A stretch of DNA of 64,000 nt from Candidatus Thorarchaeota archaeon (GTDB lineage: Archaea > Asgardarchaeota > Thorarchaeia > Thorarchaeales > Thorarchaeaceae), in assembly GCA_046758445.1 (NCBI GenBank), contig JBHIAE010000003.1, forward strand, positions 1 to 64,000, written 5' to 3'. The notes beneath the pieces were generated by a model, which saw only the letters and a list, made by a program, of their open reading frames with translations, was not told where the DNA came from and searched no databases. Numbering within the stretch: position 1 is the stretch's first letter; each line of letters opens with the position of its first letter. Shown piece after piece: positions 55,672 through 64,000 of the stretch. The translations under genes were made by a program, and so were the position numbers.

Positions 55672-57462
55672 TTGACAGAGTCACCGCAACCATATTCTGA
55701 TGCAGAGATTCTCAGTGTTTCATTGACAAAGGGGAAGATAAACAGAGAGTCCATCTCATCTGACCTTTATTTCGAGTACCTGGGAGGCCGTGGACTGGGT
55801 GTAAAACTTCTATATGACAATCTTGCCCCGAAGACTGACCCGCTTTCGCCAGCAAATTGGCTGATCTTCGCTGTAGGTCCTCTCACCGCCACTACTGTAC
55901 CCACCGCCGGTAGATTCGTAGTTGTCACGAAGTCACCTCTCACGGGCACCATATTTGATTCACATGCTGGAGGTTACCTTGGTGCTCAATTGCGCCGAGC
56001 AGGCTTTGCTGCAGTAGTCTTCCACGGTGCCTCATCGTCACCTGTGTATCTCTGGATCGATAACGATGAGATGGAGCTCAGGGATGCTTCGAAAGTTTGG
56101 GGCAGGAATGTCGAGGAGACCACAGATCAGCTCTTGAAGGAGACCGACTCAAAGGCTCAGGTAGCTTGCATTGGACCCGCGGGAGAGAACCGTATCAACC
56201 TCGCCGCCATTATGACAGACAAACACAGAGCGGCGGGACGTGGGGGTGTCGGCGCCGTGATGGGGTCGAAGAACCTTAAGGCGGTCGTTGTAAGAGGCAC
56301 AAGGCAAGTTGGTGTCAATGAACCCGACCGACTGAAAGAGGCTGTCAAGAGGGCTCGTCGACTGATTAAGAAGAACTCTGTTACTGACAAGTCGCTCCCC
56401 ATATATGGAACAGCAGTGCTAGTGAATGTCGCCAATGAGTTTGGTATGTTGCCGACCTACAACTTCCAAGAGGGGACATTCAATGACGCGGTAGGAGTGT
56501 CAGGAGAGAAGCTACTTGAGAGGCTCTCTGTTCGAACCTACAATTGCTTTGGTTGTCCCATAGGTTGTGGACGAATCAGTCGGGCAGAGGGCAGAGAAGT
56601 CGGAGGTCCTGAATACGAAACAATATGGGCGTTTGGTCCGCAGTGCGGCATAAACGACCTAGAATGGATTGCGGCAGTGAATCACCACTGTAACCTCTTG
56701 GGGATTGATACAATCTCAGCGGGGAGCACAATAGGCTGTGCCATGGAACTGGTGCAGAAGGGCAATCTTGATGCACCGCTCCATTTCGGAAACACGGAGG
56801 GCATCATTGAACTGATTCAAGACATGGCTCACGCTCGCGGGCTTGGCGGAGAGCTTGGAGAGGGTAGTCGAGCGTTCGCATCCAGGTATGGTGCTCCGGA
56901 GCTCGCAATGCATGTGAAGGGACTTGAGATTCCAGCCTATGATCCTCGCGGTGCACAAGGACATGCTCTTGGCTATGGCACCTCCAATAGAGGAGGCTGC
57001 CACCTACGGTCCTACCTAATTGGCCCGGAGATACTGGGCAGTCCTGTGCGGGTTGACCGCGATAGACCTGAAGGTAAGGCTGACCTTGTGATTCTATACC
57101 AGAACCTCTCTGCGGCCATGGACTCAATGGTCCTGTGCCGATTCACCAACTTCGCATGGACTGTCGATGACTATGCCGAGATGTTGGCTGCTGCCACAGG
57201 TCTCTCAACAAGCGGGCGGGACATCCTGAAGATAGGGGAGCGCATCTGGAACATTGAACGTCTCTTCAACAATCGTGAGGGTCTGACAGCTAAGGATGAC
57301 CAACTGCCACCGAGGTTCCTCTCGCCTCTTCCTGAAGGCAATTCGCGGAACCGTGTTGTCCACATGAATGAGATGCTCACGGAATACTACAGACTCAGAA
57401 ACTGGGACCAAGACGGCCGTCCTACCAAGAAACGTCTCAAGAGTCTCAATCTTGTCAGTTGA
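55672..57462 (+). CDS. aor: Tungsten-type aldehyde:ferredoxin oxidoreductase family
   Basis: GGRGLG, KSPLTG, IGPAGE, GRGG.GAVMGSKNLK, CFGCPIGC, PEYET, YDPR, RGGCH. Confidence 0.93.
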   Translation: MTESPQPYSDAEILSVSLTKGKINRESISSDLYFEYLGGRGLGVKLLYDNLAPKTDPLSPANWLIFAVGPLTATTVPTAGRFVVVTKSPLTGTIFDSHAGGYLGAQLRRAGFAAVVFHGASSSPVYLWIDNDEMELRDASKVWGRNVEETTDQLLKETDSKAQVACIGPAGENRINLAAIMTDKHRAAGRGGVGAVMGSKNLKAVVVRGTRQVGVNEPDRLKEAVKRARRLIKKNSVTDKSLPIYGTAVLVNVANEFGMLPTYNFQEGTFNDAVGVSGEKLLERLSVRTYNCFGCPIGCGRISRAEGREVGGPEYETIWAFGPQCGINDLEWIAAVNHHCNLLGIDTISAGSTIGCAMELVQKGNLDAPLHFGNTEGIIELIQDMAHARGLGGELGEGSRAFASRYGAPELAMHVKGLEIPAYDPRGAQGHALGYGTSNRGGCHLRSYLIGPEILGSPVRVDRDRPEGKADLVILYQNLSAAMDSMVLCRFTNFAWTVDDYAEMLAAATGLSTSGRDILKIGERIWNIERLFNNREGLTAKDDQLPPRFLSPLPEGNSRNRVVHMNEMLTEYYRLRNWDQDGRPTKKRLKSLNLVS

Positions 57463-59447
57463 CTAATGGTTTAGCAAAATGGAGTTGTGTTCTACTGGCT
57501 CGAAACACAGGTCGGCGTAAGAAGTTCAGAAGGTCTCACGCGCCCTATCTTGCGGAAATCAGGCTCTTTTGGTGTGATTCCTGTAACGTACCGACGCCTG
57601 CAAAAACAGAATGTAGCACATGTGGCAGCATTCCTAGGAGAGTCGGAATCTCTCCTCCCGGCGACCCATACCCGGCCATGGAGGGCCATCTCAACTATGC
57701 AATCAAGACAATTGACACGCAATTCGGCGAAGGGGTGGGCAAGGATCTTCTACCTGCTGGCAAGACCATAGTAATGAACAAGATTCCCTCGCTAGATGCG
57801 ATGTTCGAAATCGTGATTGATGGCTACATTATTGGCAGACTGCGATATGAAGTCCCTAAGCATGATTACACTTTCTTACTGACACTTGAGGGTGGGAGAA
57901 GGATTGGACAGTCGAGCAGACAGAAATGGGTTAGTTGTTACGATGACGTTCTGCAGTATCTAAAGAAGGGTGCGAACCTGATGGTTCCGGGTATTGCTGG
58001 ATGCGACTCCGACATTGAGGTAGGTGACGAGGTATGGGTTACTGACAGTAATGGCAGCGTGATAGGTGTTGGGACAGCTCGGATGAGCGGAGAGCAGATT
58101 GCAGCAGAACCCAAGGGCTATGCAATCAAGATCAGAGAGGTGGACAATCCCCGGCCACCCGCCATAAACCCGAAGAATGCGACTTGGGATGAAGCAGTAA
58201 ATGCCAACGCAAGGGAGATTGACCGCATTGAGGAAGAAGCAGTCACTTTCATCAGGCGCACCATTGAGAAGAGAAGTCTACCTGTGGTAGTGGGCTTCAG
58301 TGGTGGGAAGGATTCTCTTGCTACATACTTACTAGTAGAGAAGGCTCTTGGTCGGAGCCCCCCTTTGTTCTTCATGGACACTGGCTTGGAGCTACCTGAA
58401 ACAGTTCAATATGTGAGTGAGTTTGCTGAGCGGCACGAAACGATTGTAGTTGGACAGAAGGCAGGGCACAAATTCTGGGAGTCTATCGGTTCTTTTGGTC
58501 CTCCTGCCAGAGACTTTCGTTGGTGCTGCAAGATACTGAAACTGGGACCTGCTGCACTATCCATAAGCGAGGAATTGGATGGCAGCACACTCACCTTCAT
58601 GGGTCAAAGAAAGCTGGAGTCATTCCAGCGTTCTGTAGAACGTCGAGTATCACACAATCCATGGGTGCCTGGGCAGACCTCTGCCAACCCAATCCAGAAC
58701 TGGAACGCTCTCGAGGTCTGGCTGTACATCTTCAGAGAGAAGGAGCCCTTCAACATAATGTACAACAAGGGCTATCACAGGATGGGGTGCTATCTGTGTC
58801 CTTCATCCCCGCTCGCAGAGATTGAAAGCCTTGGTGAAACTCACCCCGAACTTCACACAAGATGGCGAGAAGAGCTGAACAGGTGGGCCCAGAAACTTGG
58901 CCTTCCTGAAGAGTGGGTTGACATGGGTTTCTGGAGATGGAAGCGGCTGCCTCCAGGGCAGCTTGGTATGATTGACAGCCTCGGCCTAGAGATAGAAGCA
59001 GATAGTCCCGGGCGTAAAGAAGGCCTAGATCTGACTGCTGTAAAGGGGGTTTCTCCCTGTGTGGAGTCGGGCTTTAGCTTCGAGGGGCAATTCTCAGCAG
59101 GCATTGATCTCGACAGAGTGTCAAAGCTGGCGCCCATCTTTGGGAAGACCAAGGTATCTCAGGAGCTGGGTGCTCTGAGGACAAAGTCTGGAGAGAACAC
59201 GATTTCACTGTTTAGTTCAGGTTCTTTGGTTATTCGCGGAAATTCAAATTTGGAGGTTGATCAGTTGGCGAGGCAGGCAGAGCGCGCGGTGAAACGTTCT
59301 TTGTTCTGTCAGGCATGTGGAACCTGTGTGCCCCAGTGCGAACAGGATGCTCTGAACCTGAATGAAGGCATGATAGCTGTTGATGAAGCGAAGTGCACCA
59401 ACTGTCTCAAGTGCGATCAGTGGCCTTGTCCCATATACTTGGACTGA
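57459..59447 (+). CDS. Zn-ribbon/PUA/PAPS-reductase-like protein with C-terminal ferredoxin
   Basis: WCDSCNVP, PUA motif GAN.M.PGI, PP-loop SGGKDS, RWCC...K, R.GC..CP, two C-terminal Cys clusters. Confidence 0.85.
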   Translation: MTNGLAKWSCVLLARNTGRRKKFRRSHAPYLAEIRLFWCDSCNVPTPAKTECSTCGSIPRRVGISPPGDPYPAMEGHLNYAIKTIDTQFGEGVGKDLLPAGKTIVMNKIPSLDAMFEIVIDGYIIGRLRYEVPKHDYTFLLTLEGGRRIGQSSRQKWVSCYDDVLQYLKKGANLMVPGIAGCDSDIEVGDEVWVTDSNGSVIGVGTARMSGEQIAAEPKGYAIKIREVDNPRPPAINPKNATWDEAVNANAREIDRIEEEAVTFIRRTIEKRSLPVVVGFSGGKDSLATYLLVEKALGRSPPLFFMDTGLELPETVQYVSEFAERHETIVVGQKAGHKFWESIGSFGPPARDFRWCCKILKLGPAALSISEELDGSTLTFMGQRKLESFQRSVERRVSHNPWVPGQTSANPIQNWNALEVWLYIFREKEPFNIMYNKGYHRMGCYLCPSSPLAEIESLGETHPELHTRWREELNRWAQKLGLPEEWVDMGFWRWKRLPPGQLGMIDSLGLEIEADSPGRKEGLDLTAVKGVSPCVESGFSFEGQFSAGIDLDRVSKLAPIFGKTKVSQELGALRTKSGENTISLFSSGSLVIRGNSNLEVDQLARQAERAVKRSLFCQACGTCVPQCEQDALNLNEGMIAVDEAKCTNCLKCDQWPCPIYLD

Positions 59448-59537
59448 CGTATTGCGAGTCGTTATATAGTGAGTACAGTTTCTTTGACAAAAGCTTAATT
59501 ACAGAGCCCCAACGGGGGCCTCCGTGACTCCAAACTA

Positions 59538-60896
59538 GTGACAGCCAAGGCGGCCAAGAAGATGCTCAGCGCGATCTCAATCACGATATGGCGATTCCGC
59601 AGGTACCTCGTGCTGAGTCTGGTTATCTCCATGATAGCAATTCCATTTGCCAACTTCCTGGTAATTGAACGCGACCGTAATCGGAATGAGATGTACGGGG
59701 AGGCCTTCTGGAGATTCGGCTTCAACGTCTATGACATGACTGATGACGAAGTCGCTGAAGCTCTGGGATACCATCCTGAGAATTACACGCTGCCAGAATA
59801 TCTAGGTAATGTTACGTACGAGTATCCAGTGTTCGGCCTGATCTTCTTTGCTATAGCTGCTTGGTTATTCCCAGGACAGGGAGGTTTACAGCCGCTATGG
59901 TTGAACTTCATTCTGACGCTGGTATTTAACCTGAATCTCGTCTTGGTAGCTATTCTGCTAGGAGAGCGCATATTCAACAAGAATTGGGCACGGATGTTGT
60001 TCGGCGGTTACTTCGTCTACGGCCTGATAATGTCCGCGGGAGGCGGCAAGCTCGAGCCCATTGTAGATTGCCTGCTTCTTCTGGCACTAGTGCTGAACAA
60101 GGAGAAACAACATGGAAAGGCGATGTTTGCCTTAGGTCTATCAGTGCAGACTAAGATATACTCGGTCGTTGCTCTTCCAATCCTATTCATCACAGCTCCT
60201 CTTTCGATTATCTGGTTCCTTGCTTCAACATTTATAACCGTAATTCCGTTTCTCTTCCTAGGAGCAGACTTCAGCACTCTGTTGTCGCATTTCCTGAATA
60301 CAACAGAGTACAGCTCCTACATCGTCAACCCGATGTTTCCTGGACTTTTCCTAGCAACACCAGATATCAACAGCGATCCTGTCACTTTCTATATGTGGCC
60401 TCCAGCTCTGATTCCAGTCGTCATATACGTGACATTCATGCTATTCACGTTTCGGCCTTACCTGCCTCTCAGAGCTGATTTAATGGAGGCATCATGGCAC
60501 ACGAAGCTGAAGTTACTGTTCCCTCTCTACATCTATATGCTTCCTGCGATTCTCTTCGTGTTCAGGTGGGTCATGCCCTGGTATCTCTTCTGGCTGGGTC
60601 CTATGATATTCCTATTCAAGGAAGACGAACATGCCATTGGCTATCTAAAACAGCTCACAGTTGTGGGCTTCGTCTATGCTTTTGGGATACTCTGTAACTG
60701 GCCTTACTTCATCTCTGGACCCCTGCCTGACTTCTTGATACACTTTCCACTCGGATGGTACACCCTTCTGGGTCTATTCCTATTGGTATTGTCAGCTGCA
60801 GTATCATTTGGTATATGGCGATGGACTTTCAAACGCAGAGAGAGAAGAGCTCAGAAGATTCGAGAGGCCATCGCACGCGGCGAGCTAGTGATGTAG
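59538..60896 (+). CDS. GT-C superfamily membrane glycosyltransferase (GT87/PIG-M-like)
   Basis: About 12 TM helices, YEYP loop, K.Y, PWY..W. Confidence 0.65.
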   Translation: MTAKAAKKMLSAISITIWRFRRYLVLSLVISMIAIPFANFLVIERDRNRNEMYGEAFWRFGFNVYDMTDDEVAEALGYHPENYTLPEYLGNVTYEYPVFGLIFFAIAAWLFPGQGGLQPLWLNFILTLVFNLNLVLVAILLGERIFNKNWARMLFGGYFVYGLIMSAGGGKLEPIVDCLLLLALVLNKEKQHGKAMFALGLSVQTKIYSVVALPILFITAPLSIIWFLASTFITVIPFLFLGADFSTLLSHFLNTTEYSSYIVNPMFPGLFLATPDINSDPVTFYMWPPALIPVVIYVTFMLFTFRPYLPLRADLMEASWHTKLKLLFPLYIYMLPAILFVFRWVMPWYLFWLGPMIFLFKEDEHAIGYLKQLTVVGFVYAFGILCNWPYFISGPLPDFLIHFPLGWYTLLGLFLLVLSAAVSFGIWRWTFKRRERRAQKIREAIARGELVM

Positions 60897-60897
60897 T

Positions 60898-61362
60898 TTA
60901 GATGCGGGCTGTTCCATTCTCACGATAGTAGTCGATTATCCGTCGTCTAATGAGCGTAGAGGAACAGAGTCCATCTGCATCTCGTTTCTCAAGTCTGACT
61001 ATCTTAGTACTCATCCCAACATCTGTGAAAAGCCTCTCCAAGGCATCCATGTCAGTCTGTTGATCATACCCGAGCGCAATGATGTCGGGGTCAATGTCCA
61101 CTACGATAGAGGTGTGGTCGGTGGTATCGTACCCTAGGACCGCTCTGTCCACCATCTTCAAAGATTCAACAATTCGTCGTCTTTGTTCTGCTGGGAATAC
61201 TGGGGGCGCGCCTCTTTCCTTCTCGACAGTCTTGTCGAGCGCGACCACGACGACAAGTTCCCCTCCATCACCAACCAGCTCTCTGGCTTGTTCGAGGTAT
61301 GCGATGTGTCCAAGATGAAGGATGTCAAACTTCCCAGCAGCCAGCACGCGCTTACCTGCCAT
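60898..61362 (-). CDS. ribL: Archaeal FAD synthetase (cytidylyltransferase family)
   Basis: G.FDILH.GH, V.RAVLG, PDII.LG.DQ, SST.I. Confidence 0.85.
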   Translation of the reverse strand: MAGKRVLAAGKFDILHLGHIAYLEQARELVGDGGELVVVVALDKTVEKERGAPPVFPAEQRRRIVESLKMVDRAVLGYDTTDHTSIVVDIDPDIIALGYDQQTDMDALERLFTDVGMSTKIVRLEKRDADGLCSSTLIRRRIIDYYRENGTARI

Positions 61363-61381
61363 GAATAACCCCTCAGTCAAA

Positions 61382-61651
61382 CTAGTCCTCGTCGACGGCA
61401 AGGAACTCGGTGCCTTCCTTTATGACCTCAATCCGACGCTTAGTCTTAGTAATCTGGCTGACATGGACCAGACCGTTGATTTCAAGCTGCATCAACGCCT
61501 GGTTGAGTTCTGCGTCGCTCGGCTCGTCGCCCAACTCCTTCTTCAGCGCTCTTGTCAGCTCATCGTCGAGAATGACCCCTCGCCGTTTCTTGAGTATTTG
61601 AACGATTACATTTCTGAGTGGTAGCACACTCCACGATGTCATCAATACCAC
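61382..61651 (-). CDS. Small conserved winged-helix protein
   Basis: I..ILK...G.I.D.EL, ELN.ALM.LEI.GL..V. Confidence 0.75.
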   Translation of the reverse strand: MVLMTSWSVLPLRNVIVQILKKRRGVILDDELTRALKKELGDEPSDAELNQALMQLEINGLVHVSQITKTKRRIEVIKEGTEFLAVDED

Positions 61652-61661
61652 ATCCTGACGT

Positions 61662-63857
61662 TCATATGTATCCTGGAGGTGTGGTCTCCATAGCTTGAGT
61701 GGATCTGCGCATCTCCCTCTCTATCTTCTCAAATCGTTCGATATCTTCTGGCGTCACCGAAGCGTGGATGGCGGCCAGTGCAGACTCGAAGTGCCTCCAA
61801 GAAACAAGATTAGCATCCAAGTCCTCGCGAAGGGCACGCATGCCCGCCTCACGACAGACGGCTTCAATATCCCCACCAACATATCCTTCAGTTTGATCTA
61901 CCAGCGCACCTATCGAAACGTCTGAGTCAAGTGGCATGCCATCTGTGTAGATATGGAAGATCTCCTTCCTACTCTTGGCATCTGGAGCTCTTACATAGAC
62001 AAATCGGTCGAATCTCCCAGTCCTCAGCAGAGCTCTGTCAATCAAGTCGGGTCGGTTTGTTGCGGCGAGGACGATTATGTCCTTCATTGATTCGAGTCCA
62101 TCCATCTCGGTGAGGAGCTGACTGATTACTCTCTCTGTGACATGACTGTCACCGCTACTCCGGCCTCTAGTTGGAGCAATCGCGTCAATCTCGTCGAAGA
62201 AGATTATTGCAGGAGCGGCAGTTCTTGCCTTTCTGAACACCTCTCTAATGGCCTTCTCACTTTCTCCGACCCACTTGGAAAGCAGCTCCGGGCCCTTCAC
62301 ACTGATGAAGTTGGCCTCACTCTCAGTTGCCACAGCCCTGGCAAGGAGTGTCTTTCCGCATCCCGGTGGACCCCAGATAAGAACGCCTTTTGGAGGCGAA
62401 ATTCCGATTCGGGTGAATGACTTTGGTTTCTTCAACGGCCACTCGACTACCTCAATGAGTTCCTGTTTCACCTCAAGTAGGCCGCCTACATCAGTCCAAT
62501 GGACGTTAGGTACTTCAATGAACACCTCCCTCACGGCAGAGGGCTGTATCTCTCTCAGCGCCCCAAGGAAGTCAGGGTTGTTGACCTCCAATTGGTCAAG
62601 GACTTCCGGAGGTATCTCTTCCTCTTCGAGGTTTATCTGAGGCAGGTATCTTCTCAGTGCCTTCATGGCTGCCTCTCTACAAAGCGCATTCAGGTCTGCG
62701 CCCACAAAGCCGTGCGTTATCCTCGCAAGGTTCTGAAGGTCCACTTTGTTATCACCTTCAGAGGTAAGAGGCATTCCCCTCGAGTGAATATGCAGTACCT
62801 CCAGCCGCCCGGTCTCGTCCGGCACTCCAATCTCAATCTCGCGGTCGAATCTTCCTGGACGTCGTAGAGCGGGATCTAGAGCATTGATTCTGTTGGTGGC
62901 ACCAATCACTATTACTTGGCCTCGAGCCTTTAGGCCGTCCATTGTTGCAAGAAGCTGCGCCACTACACGGCGTTCGACTTCTCCCTGAACGTCCTCTCGC
63001 TTTGGCGCAATGGCATCTAGCTCATCGATGAAGATTATACTCGGCGCGTTCTCCTCTGCCTCTTCAAAGATCTTCCTGAGTTTCTGTTCAGACTCGCCAT
63101 AGAACTTGGACATGATCTCCGGACCATTTATGTGAACGAAATTGGCCTCCGACTCAGAAGCGACAGCCTTTGCAAGCAATGTCTTGCCTGTTCCTGGTGG
63201 TCCATGGAGAATAAGTCCGCGCGGAGGATCAATACCCAAACGCTTGAATATCTCGGGATGCCTCATTGGCAGCTCAACCATCTCACGGATTCGTTGAATT
63301 GCATCAGCAAGACCCCCGATCTCTTCATACGTCACCTGTGCAGCGCCAATTACGTCACCAGTCGGTTTTTCGGCAATAGATAACATACTAGAATGCTGAA
63401 CCACAACAGTACCTGCAGGTTTGACTGATGTGACCTTGAATGGAATCGCTCTCCCGAGAATGGGAATGAATACTGTGTCGTTTAGAGTAACTGGACAGTT
63501 CAGGAGTTTTCTCTTGACGAACTCCTCAAAGCGTGGCTCAGGCCGAATTGGCACAGAAGTCGGTGCAAGAGTGATGTTGCGTGCAGGCTCCTCATTTGCC
63601 CGACAGACAGTCACTTTCTCACTGAGACTCACGCCAGCGTTCCTGCGTATTCTACCATCCATGCGGATGATCTCTCGTCCCTTGTCTCCCTGATATGCTG
63701 GCCAGGCAATTGCAGCTGTGACTCGCTTCCCTTTGATTTGGATTATATCTCCAGTTCTGACTCCAAGCTTTTCCATAGACATGGCATCGATTCGTACAAT
63801 GAACCTGCCAATGTCTCTGTGTTCGGCCTCTGTTACCTTCAGAACTATTTCGACCAT
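61662..63857 (-). CDS. cdc48: CDC48/VCP AAA+ ATPase
   Basis: N-domain plus two AAA modules (GPPGTGKT and GPPGCGKT) with SRH motifs. Confidence 0.97.
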   Translation of the reverse strand: MVEIVLKVTEAEHRDIGRFIVRIDAMSMEKLGVRTGDIIQIKGKRVTAAIAWPAYQGDKGREIIRMDGRIRRNAGVSLSEKVTVCRANEEPARNITLAPTSVPIRPEPRFEEFVKRKLLNCPVTLNDTVFIPILGRAIPFKVTSVKPAGTVVVQHSSMLSIAEKPTGDVIGAAQVTYEEIGGLADAIQRIREMVELPMRHPEIFKRLGIDPPRGLILHGPPGTGKTLLAKAVASESEANFVHINGPEIMSKFYGESEQKLRKIFEEAEENAPSIIFIDELDAIAPKREDVQGEVERRVVAQLLATMDGLKARGQVIVIGATNRINALDPALRRPGRFDREIEIGVPDETGRLEVLHIHSRGMPLTSEGDNKVDLQNLARITHGFVGADLNALCREAAMKALRRYLPQINLEEEEIPPEVLDQLEVNNPDFLGALREIQPSAVREVFIEVPNVHWTDVGGLLEVKQELIEVVEWPLKKPKSFTRIGISPPKGVLIWGPPGCGKTLLARAVATESEANFISVKGPELLSKWVGESEKAIREVFRKARTAAPAIIFFDEIDAIAPTRGRSSGDSHVTERVISQLLTEMDGLESMKDIIVLAATNRPDLIDRALLRTGRFDRFVYVRAPDAKSRKEIFHIYTDGMPLDSDVSIGALVDQTEGYVGGDIEAVCREAGMRALREDLDANLVSWRHFESALAAIHASVTPEDIERFEKIEREMRRSTQAMETTPPGYI

Positions 63858-64000
63858 TGCTCAACAACAACCTCCGGTTCTTGTATGGTGATAATCCAGA
63901 AACGGGGTGGGTCTTCGGCAACCCGCCAGCAACACCAAGCTTCCCATACTCTGGCTTCCATGAGAGGGTATTTCTACACCGAGATAATCTCCCAGTAAGC

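Noticed and set aside
73-63998. Numerous antisense and nested ORFs in the track (e.g. 3247-3981, 21605-22126, 39372-39941, 41374-41979)
   Set aside because: Shadow frames of well-supported genes, Ser-rich and without motifs
1-64000. CRISPR array, tRNA, rRNA, integrase/provirus, inteins
   Set aside because: No regularly spaced repeats, cloverleaf or rRNA-length conserved blocks seen by eye; AtpA, CDC48, SMC and Hef are of normal length
63858-64000. Partial gene at the right edge
   Set aside because: No recognisable protein in any frame; may be the cdc48 leader

Overview
Gene-dense archaeal chromosome segment of roughly 50% GC. It most likely comes from an Asgard archaeon, probably Thorarchaeia. 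This is an inference from the Sec23/24-like vWA protein, four Roadblock/LC7 proteins, an MglA-type GTPase, EMC6-like and PCI-like proteins, and standard archaeal informational genes. Most genes are housekeeping: nadC (partial), pyrC, Rqc2/NFACT, a fumarase plus thiol:fumarate reductase operon, hypA, rps8e, smc-scpAB, uppS, an acyl-CoA synthetase beta subunit, LipS1-like radical SAM, rpl35Ae, DHS, rpl16, TrmJ, DRG, SRP54, pyrI, an interrupted A-ATPase F-A-B cluster, glmU, Hef, deoC-AOR, a PAPS-reductase/PUA protein, ribL and cdc48. Five things stand out. (1) A four-Roadblock / MglA GTPase / Sec23-24-like cluster whose GTPase appears to start at a non-canonical ATT codon. (2) An unannotated box C/D sRNA with two guides against LSU rRNA H69-H71. 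(3) A candidate RNA antisense to the SSU 530 loop with alternative hairpins. (4) A ~270-nt structured RNA leading into an unannotated 46-aa ORF. (5) A solo TnpB with an omega-RNA end and an in-frame amber codon. All calls come from reading motifs by eye; no searches or folding programs were run.
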